From positions 50,533,754-50,584,819 of the forward strand of contig NC_057718.1 of assembly GCF_004010195.1 (NCBI RefSeq): DNA of 51,066 nucleotides, in the 5' to 3' direction. Each line of letters opens with the position of its first letter. The stretch's first letter is position 1. This DNA comes from Chiloscyllium plagiosum (lineage: Eukaryota). Of the stretch, positions 38,811-50,895 are shown one piece after another. Made by a program: the position numbers and the translations under genes. Below the pieces are notes generated by a model. That model saw only the letters and a program-made list of their open reading frames with translations. It did no database searches and was not told the origin of the DNA.

Positions 38811-38914
38811 GCACAGTAGCAATGCTCCTGTCACCACCCGAGAAGCTCTACTTTCAGGCATTGGTGGATTCATATCACAACCAAACAGGTTCAGTAGTAA
38901 CCCCTAAATCTTTC

Positions 38915-39750
38915 CAACACACCCCAAATACTGAAACAGTCCATGTTCAAATACAACAAGATCTGGACAATATCCAAGCTGAGGCTGACAAGTAGCAAAT
39001 CACATTCGCACCACACAAATGCCAGGCAATAATTATTTCCAATAAGAAGCAATCTACCAACCCTCTCTTGACATTTAGTGGTGTTACCATCACTGAATCC
39101 TCCATGATCAATATCCAGGGGGTTACCATTGACCAATGACTCAACTCGACTCGCCATATCAATACAGTGGCTACAACAGCAGGTCAGAAGAATACTGAAG
39201 TGAGTAACTCACTTCCTAACTCCCAAAACCTATCCACAACTACAAGGCTCAAGTTAGGAGAGTGATGGAATATTGTCCACTTACCTGGATGGGTGCAACT
39301 TTAACAACACGCAAAAATCTTGACACTATCCAGGACAAAGCGGCTGGCTGGTTTGGGTCCACATCCATGAGCAGCCATACCCCACCACTAATGCTCAATC
39401 GCAGCAACGTGTACTATCTACAAATGCAATGCCGAAGTTCACCAGAGATCCTTAGACAGCATCTTCCAAACCAAGGACCACTTTCATCTAGAAGGTCAAG
39501 GGCCAGAGATACATGGGAACACCACCACCTGCAAGTTCTCCTCCAAGTCACTCAACATCTTGACTTAGAAATATATCTTGTTCCTTCACAGTCCCTGGAT
39601 CGAATTCCTGGAATTCCCTCCCTAAGGATATTGTGAATCTTTTGACAGCACTTGGACTGCAGCAGTTCAAGAAGGCAGCTCATCATCATCTTCTCAAGGG
39701 CAAGTAGGGACTTTGATAATAATAAATGCTGGCCAACCATGTTCCAAAAG
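38915..39750 (+). mobile_element. LINE family A, RT C-terminus and 3' end
   Basis: YKAQVRRVMEYCPLTWMGA...LDTIQDKAA; the tail is AATAAATGCTGGCC. Confidence 0.8.
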
Positions 39751-41480
39751 TGAATTTTAAAAATGCCAATGACTGTAAGACTATAAGAATAAAAGAGTTT
39801 CCTCATCAACCATGCAATGGATCAGAATTGGAGGCTCTACCATTGCTATCCAGGCGTCAATGTGCCTGTAATAGTGCATGTTTCCTTGACAACTGGGATT
39901 CCTTGTAAGAGTTGGTTGTGAATCCTATATTTGCACCAATAGTATAGTGTTCACTAGCTGTTCTGGCTGGGGTGCATTTAGGACCTGTCTGCTTGCTCTA
40001 CAAGCAGTAGAAATTGCAGCCTTATGGGTCAGACCTATCTCCAGGGAGAGAACTGAAGATCTACAATATATAATGCAGTTTCTGATAATGTCTCCAACAG
40101 AATATAATTCACCTGTTTTATTGGCAGCTTTCACGTGTTTGTCTGAAAATTACATATGTAAAGCATGTTCAGTGATGTGATTGATAGGATAATTTAAAAT
40201 GTTATTTTACTTACCTCTTCCCATTGCCTCTTGCCAGTACTCAGATTTGAAACCTTATTCATTGTTAAGATGCTATTTTGTTATTTTAGAAAGGAATTGC
40301 TTACTGAGCAATAAATATAAAAGGGCATTTTCTGTTTACAATCAGTGGAAGGAAAAATAGAATGTTTAATTCTCAGTATTCTGTGGAAAGACTCAGTGAA
40401 TTATGTGAAACTCTTTTTCTATTCCTTCACAGACTTTCTCCTCAGGATAATGTGTGCTATGTTAATAGCCATTCCCACTTGACATTGCTACAAAAGTCAA
40501 ATTCTAATGCATTAAATAATACTTTCTTGCTCAGATTTATCATTGATGAAGTTTGTAAGTTGCTTTTGCAAGATAATACTGTGGAGACTTACATTTTCAA
40601 ACTGTTCTACGACATATCAAGCAACACTATTTAATCGAATGCTACATGATCAACTTGTTTTTTTTGTAACCAGTGAAAGCAGGACTTTTGAATCTCTTGT
40701 ATCATAAGTAAATATATAATAAATTAAAATTTTAATATAAAGCTCATTGAGTGTCATGTTTAATTAGTCTAGAAATGTACTTAATGGCACAGTCCCTTTC
40801 ATTAAAAACAGTCGTTTGAATGGAAGAAAAGCATTTTTTATTGAAAATGTATCACTGGAAGAAAAATATTATAGCATAACCTTACCAGAAATGTTGGTTC
40901 TCATCTTTACTACTTACTTCAATTATATATTTTGTTTACAGCCATACCTGCAACTGTTTCTCTACTTGATTGTTTTAATATATTTTCCCTATTTTCATTG
41001 GATTATTTCTGATTTTGCTGCTGTTTATCCTTGAGCTAGCTTGTACAATGATTAACTTTGATTTTGGAGTTTACTGAGAAGAAGTACAGTTTACAAAACA
41101 AGAGAAATGAATTGTTATAATTTAGACACTTAACAGCCACAGTTAAATGCTTCTACTTACCTCAGGAAAAGTATCACACAATAAATTCTGTATAATTGTT
41201 AAAATACTGTTAATTATACAGTAGTCACATTCCAGAGACATGTTTTGAATACTATTAATATTTTGTATTTGCTAAATGATTATAACAGTGTTGGCAAAGG
41301 TGTTATGTTTTCATATTGTGGTAAGTGACATCACATATGAAGTTCTGAATGTGTTTTTAGAATTGTCTGGCTATACTATATCTACACAATCTCAGACCAT
41401 GATGAAGTCGCTTCTTTCTGATTGGTTGTCTATTGCCTCAGTGAATAAAATACAGAATGGTATAGTATGTTTGTTTTTTT

Positions 41481-41779
41481 TAGATTAGATTACTCAGTGT
41501 GGAAACAGGCCCTTCAGCCCAACAAGTCCACACCGACCCTCCGAAGAGCAACCCACCCAGACCCATTCCCCTACATTTACCCCCTCACCTAACACTACGG
41601 GCAATTTACCATGACCAATTCACTTAACCTGCACATTTTTGGGAGGAAACTGGAGGAAACCCACGCAGACACGGGGCGAATGTGCAAACTCCACACAGAT
41701 AGTTGCCTGAGGTGAAAATTGAACCTGGTCTCTGGCATTGAGAGGCAGCAGTGCTAACCACTGTGCCACCGTGCCGCCC
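41481..41779 (-). mobile_element. HE1 SINE
   Basis: Same head and core as the other copies, with small internal deletions. Confidence 0.95.
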
Positions 41780-44700
41780 AAGGTCATGCAGGGGGAGGCA
41801 ATTTCTGTGGCACAGACATGGTAATGGCAACAATTAAATTCAGTGGCTCACATGAGGGTATACAAAATCTGCCAACTCACTCTTCACTGTTATCGCTAGA
41901 GCAAAATATTCTTGTGTGAATTTTAAAGGTAATTATACAACCGTTTGCTGGCACTATTGAATTATTCTAAGAAGGAATGTGGGTCAGAGATTGTGATACA
42001 ATATTGCAGCCCTAAGTCTAGCTCAAGTTCATATTCATGTCAAATGTGTCTTCCTTGTTGGAAGTCAATGATTTCGAAGGTAAGGAAATGGGACTCAAGT
42101 TATAGTGCTAGCACTCATTATAACACATGACAAAGTGAAACACAGATTAGATCAGCTACATGAGAGAACTGGTGAAATCTGGAGAACGTGAATTTGCTGT
42201 CAGCTGCAGAGTCCAAAATGTCATACTAAAATAAATGAGATGCTGAAGAGTGCAGGTCAACTTTTGAAATTGCAAGAGGTTTACTTTTGTTGTTTGTAAT
42301 TTAAATTGATCACAAGAATTTATTGTTAGACCTTACATATTGGCCTCACTTCCTGAGAATCCTTTTACACAATATACCTGTGCTTGGATAAACACATGAA
42401 TGATGATGGGGTATTGTAGGGGGATAGGCTTAGATTAGTTCACAGGTCGGCGCAACATCGAGGGCCAAAGGGCCTTGTCTATGCTGTATTGTTCTATGTT
42501 CTATGTTTTATACCTTGCTGAATATGCAAAACCATTAGTGTTCTAGTTTATTCTAAAACCATCTAATCATAAATAGGTGACAGCTATGGCATGAACAATA
42601 AAGCCTTCCCAACATTTACATGCAATGAACATTCGGAAGAGCATTTTTGTAATGCTGAGGAATCATGGTAAAATTCCAAAGGGAGCCCGCCAGGGGACCT
42701 ATGAGCTCAATGGCCTACTTCTATGTTATCAACAGCTCAATAACTCTATCACCTGAACTCTATCTCATATGCAAGAATAGCCTCAGTTTCTACCTTATAT
42801 TGTAAGAAATTAAACATTAATTTCTGAAATGCATAGAAAGTTTGCTTTACGTTTATGAAATCTGGTATGATCCCAGCTGATGGTAATACTGGATTCAAAT
42901 GAAACTTATTTTGATAGATCATATGTTTAATCTTTGCAATTGGTTACTGTGGTGGTTAGTCTCTCAAATATATTCATATAAGGCTTCAGATATTCTTTAA
43001 CAACAGCACAGAACTTTAGTACACAAAACAAAAAAAACAGAGTTGTATGTATATACATACCGTTAGAAAGGTCTCAGCACAAGTGTCAAAACAAAATTGC
43101 CACCAGTTTCCTGGCATCTTTTATTCCAGCGATTCAATCTCAGAAATATCACGTTTATCTCAATGTTTAAATCTTTATTTAATTGAAGCTTTCTAGTTTC
43201 ATTTTTGTATTATGAGTCAATTTCAAATCTGACGGCATGAAATTTCACAATTTTGATGGCCTAATTTTTTTCAGGCTTGAAAACTCTCCAGGCTTGGAAG
43301 CTCTACAAACTATAAAATACTTCTGTTGAAGATGACTGGTTCCACCTGCACTGGAGAGAACTGACCAGAAAATTGTCCAGCTAGGAGAAAGCATTCTCCT
43401 CTTACATTTTATCAAACTTGTGATATTAATGAAAATTTCAGTCCTTGCAGTGGTAATCATGTCTTATTTCCTACACAGTTCATCATGCTTCATTCCCAGA
43501 GTGACCCACCACTTCATGGAGATCCCTCATAAGACGCGTGTGCACTCTGGCCATGCTATCTACCAAGCCTACTAAGTTCCTTCAGGAATAATGCCTTCTG
43601 GAAGCTGCCTTGCTTGATTGTTGAAGGGGTCAGTCATTGCTCAGTCACTGCAGCACTGGAGGCTATCCTGCTACCTGCCTGCATGGACAGGCTGACAGCT
43701 GTCATGAAGAGATGGGCCCAGCCCTCACAAGATACTGGAGAAACATCAACACTTGCATTCCATTATTCCAAACATTGGTCATCTGGACTGAAAACAGGGC
43801 AAGAGTGTGGTGGAGACCCCCCCATGGATCACACTATAGACTACTCCCCTATGACTTTTTAACTTCTTCTAGTGTTTACTGCAGATGCCATGCTATTTGC
43901 ACAAATGCTAAGGCCATGTGTTGCTGGAGTGACATGCACATGGACGTACAATAATATGCACTTGAATGAGACCTGGTGTAATGCACAGATGGGTTCTAGT
44001 TGTGTGACTGCACCAATTGCCAATGCAAGGCACAGCAAAGAAAGACAAGACATAATGCCAGGAAGTATCAAGTACATGCACGATAGAGCAAGGAAGCAGC
44101 CCTGGGAGACAGTGGTGGAATGGGTTCCTTTCCATGTGCGATACCCATACCCAATTCAGCCACACACAGCTGCTTGTTGGTGTGCACTGTTAGACATGCT
44201 TGCTCTTGCAGGGCTCAGTGGCAGTGCATTGGAGCTTTTCAAGATGGTGGCAGTGGTTCCTTTAAAAAAGGCAGTGCTCATGCTCATGGAGGAAGTGTAC
44301 ATGTAGCTGGTGCTGGTGGATCAAGGTAGAGCTTATTCAGGTGAATTGGCAAGTTGGACCCACCAAGAACTCGTTCCAGTTTCCATGTCAAGTCCTCCCG
44401 ATGTCTAGTTTGTATGATAAGTTTGGTAAGGCCAAAACCCATGGCCATTCAGGCTGTTAACAAGCTGTTTAACAAACAATGATGATTGTCAATTTGGAAC
44501 TCACCTGATTCTACCACGCATTTTGCCAAATCAATGGGTCATCTTTTGAAGAAAAATGTTTTGATAGTTCAGAAAATTCTTAAAAGTGGCAAATTAATAA
44601 GGTGAGTTAAACACATATGGTGCACTTGGGTTTATAAACTGAGACATAGAATATAAAAGCCAAGGGATCATGCTTAGACATTTGTCATTTAGTAGTTAGT

Positions 44701-44840
44701 TCTCAACTGGTTTATTGCAAACAGTTGTGGGCAGCACACAACAGGGAGCATGAAGATCCCTAGAAAGGGACAGAGGAGTTTACCAAGATCTTCAGGGTTG
44801 AGGCACTTCAGTTTTGAGGATACATCTGAAAGTTTAACAT

Positions 44841-45058
44841 TGCAGTTGTTGTGGGTTAGTTCACTGAGCTGGAAATTTGGTTTGCAGACGTTTCATTCCC
44901 TTTCTGGTGACATCCTCAGTGCTGTGGTGCCTCCTGTGAACCGTTGTTGTACTGTGTCAGTCGGAATTTGTTTGGTTTTGTTCCTGCTGCTTCTGGTCGC
45001 TGGTTCCAGTTGTTCATTGCAGTGGTTGGTGTATCGCATCTAGGTCGATGTTTTTTTT
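44841..45058 (-). mobile_element. PLE (family 3) 3' end
   Basis: Minus strand encodes IDLDAIHQPL, like a GIY-YIG C-terminus, followed by a hammerhead motif. It is homologous to 37141-37220. Confidence 0.75.
44884..44922 (-). ncRNA. Hammerhead ribozyme motif (family 3), core intact and stem II eroded
   Basis: GCA-CUGAGGA-UGUCACCAGAAAGGGAAU-GAAA-CGUC-UGC, with stem I GCA/UGC and palindromic ACGU. Confidence 0.65.
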
Positions 45059-47089
45059 GACATTTTTCTTTGTGGGACAGAGATGATTAGGAGATAATCT
45101 AACAAAGGTTTTCAAGATAAGATATTTTGATGGAGGAAATAAAAGAAAAACACTATTCCTCCTGGTCAGTGAGTCAATACAATGGGTTATAGATTATAAA
45201 ATGGGTCATTATGGATTATAAAATCAATGGCAAACCATTTGAGGTTGTAGTTGAGGAGAATTCTTTTCCTTCAGATAGCTGTTAGGATCAATCTACCCAA
45301 AAGATGTTGAAAGTTGAACTTAAAAATAAGGAACATAGTATTTGTGAACAATAAGTATTAATGTAGCACTCAACATGACTGCTTTTTCAAAGGATCAGTC
45401 TAGGCACGATGACCTGATTGACCTCCTTCTCTGTTATAAACGTGGGAATTTCTCATTCTCAATGCGACATATCTCTCTAATATGTAGGAATTAAATATGT
45501 CAATAGAATACCAAGCTGTTGGAATAGAAAAAATTAAAGTTGCTATCTTTCCATCGTAGTTGATGATTGCTAGTTAGGTGCAAAACTGACAATGAAACTG
45601 GACAAATGCTACAAGGAACATTGTGTTGATTTAATTATGTTTACAATTTATAAATATAACTTACCAGCTAGAGAATAGACTCTACTTCTATTATTCTGAA
45701 TGTTTATATCACCACTTGTGCTATTTTCTGAGTGATAACCGAGTCACATGCTGTATGGCTGTCATCAAATATGAGGCATGCCATGAAAACATAATTAATC
45801 TCCAAATCAACCAGAGATGTGCAATTTTGTGTCATAAAGAAAAAAAACATATCAAATCAGAGGCAAGCAGGAGACTGTGAGTGACAGATAAAGGTAACAA
45901 TTAAATATGAATTATTCATTGAATATTGATTATGAATAAATACTCTCCTAACAACACTGTTATATCGTGCTGAAGATTCTATAAATGCAACATTCCAATT
46001 ATAGAAAACAATATTGAGAATGCACGATTTCTGAATTATTAGTTGCAAATTGCAAATACAATATTTTGCTTCTCAAAACTGCTGTTTTTGATTAACAACA
46101 TTTTAAATAGCTTTTGTTTTTATTGTCTTGTCACTTCTATTCAGAAAACTGTCACTTGAATATAACAGATCATAACATCTATGTTACGGTGTTTAGCCAA
46201 GGTGAAGTTTAACGGTGTTACGTAGGAGCAAAAATCAAGTAAGTTGCTCTTTGAGGTGCAAGAATCAAATATATGATTATCCCATGCCCAGTTCCATTGA
46301 AATAGCCAGCACCAAAACATTGAGTTGTCACCTAACCTAAACGATTTCAATGAGCAAACTAGTATTGCATCCACTAGCTGCACTCTCAGTAGGGAGTCCA
46401 TTAGTGGGCATCACTAGTGTGTGATGCAGTTACCCTGAACCTCTTACGCAACATAATTATGTTATGGATGCAGGGACATTAATGTCAATTCCTTGAGTTT
46501 GACCCCAAAGATCTAGCTGTGATGCTAGAAAAAGATCATTAGCCTTATTTGTGTGTTCAAGTTCAGTGAATATGACTTCCCATGATATCTATTACCAATT
46601 GCTGCACCAACATTACATGCTGCTCAATTCACTACAAGCATATCATTCATACAACAGCCTACCAATGTTGCTGGATTCACTTCACTTTTACCTCCACCTG
46701 TTTCTAAATGCTACCAACAATTCAGCTCTGATAAGTGCATCAACAAAACTCAATGCAACAAAATCACTGTCTTGTAGAACATGTTTGGCCATAATCACAG
46801 GAGGCAACAGAGAGTGGGGATACAGTGGGTGTTTGCTGGAACACTTGTATCATCCAAGTGCTCTACAAGAAGTGGTGTTTTGAACCATGAGTCCAATAAT
46901 GACTGAAGCTTTTGCAATTGGTGTTGCCAAGAACATTCAAGTTGATAGTATGCACCTTCTCAAGTCCCACCTCACCATCCTCCTGTGTGAAATGAGCTGC
47001 AGCTGCAATCAACATGGACAATCAACAATCAACATTTTTCTCCACCTTCTCCTTTTTCCCCCTAACTCCCTCCTTCTGTACATCTGTTC

Positions 47090-48108
47090 TTGATAGCCAA
47101 GGATCTGGATGAAGAAACTGAGGGCACTCTGCCTAAGTTTGCAGATGATATAAAGATAGGTGGAGGAGCAGGTTGTATTGAGGAGGCAGGGAGGCTGCAG
47201 AAAGATTTAGGCAGGTTAGAACAGTGGGCAAAGAAGTGGCAGACAAAATACAATGAGGGAAAGTGTGAGGTCATGCACTTTGGCAGGAAGAATAGAAGCA
47301 TGGGCTATTATCTAAATGGGAGAAAATTGAGAAATCTGGGGAAAAAAGGGACTTGGGAGTCCTAGTCCAGGATTCTCTGAAGGTAAACTTGCAGGTTGAG
47401 TCGGTAATTAGGAAGGTAAATACAATATTGTCATTCATCTCGAGAGTACGAGAATATAAAAGCAGGGATGTTATTCTGAGTCTTTCTACGACTCTGGCAG
47501 ACCACATTTTAGAGTATTATTAGCAATTTTGGGCCCCATATCTTAGGAAGGATGTATTGGCCCTAGAGTGGGTCCACAGGAGATTCACAAGAATGATTGC
47601 AGGAATGAAAAGCCTAAAATATGAAGAACGTTTGAGGATTCTGAGTCTATCCTCTTTGGAGGTTAGAAGGATGAGGGGGGATCTGATTGAAACTTAGAGA
47701 ATACTGAATGGCCTGGACAGAGTGGATGTTGGGAAGATGTTTCCATTGGCAGGAGAAACAAGGACCCAAGGGCACAGCCTTAGAGTAAAGGGAAAACCCT
47801 TCAGAACGGAGAGAAGGAGAAACTTCTTTAGCCGGAGGATGGCGAATCTGTGGAGTTCATTGGCTGTGGAGGCCAAGTCATTGAGTATATTTAAGAAAGA
47901 GATAGATTGCTTCTTGATTGCCAAGAGATCAAAGGTTATAGGCAGAAAGCGAGAAAATGGGGTTGGAAAACCCCATGATTGAAAGGTAGGAGTCAAAACA
48001 ACTGCAGATACTGGAGTCCAAAATAGACAGCCTCCTGCCTGTCTATGATCAAATGGCAGAGCAGACTTGATGGGCCGAATGGCCTAATTTCTGCTCCAAT
48101 GGTCTTAA
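47090..48108 (+). mobile_element. CR1 LINE, RT C-terminal half and 3' UTR
   Basis: KFADDIKIGG...LQKDLGRLEQWAKKWQ and FPLAGETRTQGHSLRVKG. Confidence 0.93.
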
Positions 48109-48187
48109 CTTAGACTTAACCAGTGAACTTCCCCACAAGTGGAAATATTTTGTCTGACCTATTAAACCCTGTCATAATCTGAATGGC

Positions 48188-48361
48188 ACAAGAACAGAAA
48201 TTGCTGGAAATGCTCAGCAGATCTGGCAGCATCTGTGGAGAGAAATCAGAGGTAACATTTCAGGTCCAGTGACTCCCGGATGCTGCTAGACCTGCTGAGC
48301 TTTTCCAAAAATTTCTGTTTTTATTTCTGATTTACAGTATCCTCAGTTCTTGTGGGTTTTA
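48188..48361. mobile_element. Fold-back PLE-end element (family 4) with ~15-bp TSD
   Basis: CATAATCTGAATGGC (48173-48187) and CATAATCTTAAAGGC (48362-48376) are 13/15 identical. Arms are GCTCAGCAG..GCAGCATC / GATGCTGC..CTGCTGAGC. Confidence 0.8.
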
Positions 48362-48529
48362 CATAATCTTAAAGGCTTCTACCACGTAATGCCTCAGCTT
48401 TCTCTTCATCAGAGAAAACAGCTTCAACATTTTCTAAAACTCATATCCCCTCAGCTCTGATATCCCCATTGCAAAACTTCTGTGAACCTCCTTGAGGTCT
48501 TGTGTATATCTCTCAATAATATAAAGACT

Positions 48530-49530
48530 GCAAAGTTAAAAATCACACAACACCAGGTTATAGTCCAACAGGTTTAATTGGAAGCACACTAGCTTTCGGA
48601 GCGATGCTCCTTCATCAGGTGATTGTGGAGGGCTTGATCGTAACACAGAATTTCTAGCAAAAATTTGCAGTGTGATGTAACTGAAATTATGCATTGAAAA
48701 ATTGATTGTCTCTTAAGCCTTTCATCTGTCAGAATACAGTGACAGTTTCACTTCTTAAAGTTGCATTCTCGGGTTAGCTGTTAACAATGGTGATAGCTAG
48801 ACATTATGTTGAAGGTGTTTAGGAATATCTGTGTGTGTGTGTGTGTGTCTGTGTATGTGTGTGTGTGTGTGTGTGTAGTGCAATGGTGATCACCTGTAAT
48901 GTGACATGAATCCAAGGTCCCGGTTGAGGCCCTCCCTATTGGTACCGAACTTAGCTATCAGCCTTTGCTCGGCCACTTACCTATGCTGCCTGTCCTGAAG
49001 TCCACCTTGGAGGATGGTCACCCGAAGGTCCGAGGCTGAATGTCCTGGACCACTGAAGTGTTCCCCATCTGGGAGGGAACCCTCCTGTCTGTTGGTTGTT
49101 GTGCGGTGCCATTCATCCGTTGTTGTAGCCTTTGCTCAGTTTCCCCAATGTACCATGCCTCCGGGCATCCTTGTTTGCAACCTATAAGATAGACAATGTT
49201 GTCTGAGTCACATGAGTACCTGCCATGTACAAGGTGGGAGGTGTTCCCATGCGTAATAGTGGTACCTATGTCCACAATCTGACATGTCTTGCAGTGTCCA
49301 CCGTGACAGGGCTGTATGGAGTTGTCCTGAGAGCCGGGCAGTTTGCTACGAACAATGATCTGTTTGAGGTTTGGCGGTTGTTTAAAGGCAAGTAGTGGAG
49401 GTGTGGGGATGGTCTTGGTGAGGTGTTCATCCTCATTGATAATGTGTTGCAGGTCACGAAGAACATGGCATAATTTTTCAGCCCCTGGAAGGTACTGAAC
49501 AACGAAGGGTACACCTCCCACCTTGTACAT
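48530..49530 (-). mobile_element. Penelope-like element (family 2): linker, GIY-YIG and 3' end
   Basis: ORF 49018-49656 has PPLLAFKQPPNLKQIIVRSKL, the Cys-rich linker PCHGGHCKTC (typical of Neptune-type PLEs) and IVYLIGCKQGCPEAWYIGET. Confidence 0.95.
48587..48621 (-). ncRNA. Minimal type I hammerhead ribozyme motif (family 2 PLE), apparently intact
   Basis: CAC-CUGAUGA-A-GGAGC-AUC-GCUCC-GAAA-GCUA-GUG. Confidence 0.88.
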
Positions 49531-49909
49531 CTGTTGTAGCAACATTATGCCATTTTTCTCACCCCATGGCCATTTATAGGTGCAAAATTTGTGCCAAAAT
49601 TTAATCTCATACAGCCTATCCACAAACTCCTTAGAGTATCGACCAGGGGAAGTCACTTGAAGTAATGAGATAAAATAAAATTCTATGAAATAAAAGTTTT
49701 ATGGCCCTATTGCAGACTTCGTTCATAAAAGCCCATTTACTATGTTTACATTTTTTACAATATAAAACAATAATTCAAGGATACAGTATTTATAAGAACA
49801 AGCATTGGCATTCATAAAAACTTGGAAATTGCTGTAGGAGTAGCACATTTGGCCCATCAAGCCCACTATGCTAATCAACATGATTATGCCTAATTCTCTT
49901 TCTCAACAC

Positions 49910-50065
49910 CAATGTTACCTCTGAGCTGGGCATCTACACAAGTGCGCAGCCTCTACAAGGTTCCAGGCATGCCAGTCTTGGCATGGACTTCAGATTCCAG
50001 AAGTCAGTGCTCTACACAGTACCAGGAGGCCCATACAGGCAGAAGGAGCATTTGAAGGAATGTTG
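49910..50065. mobile_element. Possible decayed hAT-type MITE inside a CR1 tail
   Basis: Ends CAATGTTACCTC...GAAGGAATGTTG form an imperfect TIR. The 8-bp flanks CTCAACAC and TTTAATGC differ only by transitions. Confidence 0.35.
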
Positions 50066-50895
50066 TTTAATGCCATCCTCCCACTCTCTCTCCATATCCC
50101 CTTACATCATTGACTTCCAGAAATCTATTGCTTTCTTAAATATCTTGAGTGATTTGCCATAGCGGTGTGTGGTAGAGAATTCCAAAGCTTCACAACCCTC
50201 TGAGTGAAGAAATGTCAGTTCATCTGAGTCTGAAATGGCCTACTATGTATCCTGAGACTGTGACACCCTCTTTGGATGCCAGAGGAAACTTCATTCCTGC
50301 GTCCAGTCTGTCCAGCCTGTCAGATCTTTATAAATTTTGTGTGATTCCATCTCAATTTTCTAAACTTCAGTGTACAGGCCCAACTGAATTCAATCTCCCC
50401 TCACATAACAAACCTGCCATCTCAGGAATCAGGTTGGTGAACTTTTGCAAAGACTGTGGAGGCCAAGACATTGTGTGTATTCGAGAAAGATATAGATAAC
50501 ATTTTAGGTTTTAAAGGTTTGGACTCCTAGTTTCTATGTTTCTATATGTTGTTATCCACATTATGCTGCATCTGTCATAATTTTGTCCATTCACTCACTT
50601 GGTTTACATTTCCCCAAAGTCTCTTTACGCCACTCACATTCCCCGAGTTTTGTGTTATCCACAAATTTGGAAATATTGTACTTGAGTCCCTCAACCAAAT
50701 TGTTGATGCATATTGTAAATAGTAATCATAGAATTCAATTGTAGTCCAACTTCAAAAGGTGTATTATCATTTGAAGCTATCAAAGTGTGAAATGGAAGAC
50801 TATGATAATGGATGGTTGAGAAAAATATCATACAGCAGTAAACATGTTATGGAAACCATCAGGCTTAAGTCAATAAGCAGAGTGAATTCGTTGCG

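Larger units (their letters stand above)
44560..45440 (+). mobile_element. Highly decayed CR1 3' region
   Basis: Residual LGFIN..IEYKS and QRSLPR motifs; interrupted by a PLE end. Confidence 0.6.

Noticed and set aside
43470..44520. GC-richer block with overlapping ORFs up to 144 aa, possibly a Harbinger-type relic
   Set aside because: I could not identify any protein motif or terminal repeat, so it is left unannotated.
46420..47050. Unique-looking segment with 68-110 aa ORFs
   Set aside because: No recognisable domain, and frames on both strands are interrupted by stops.
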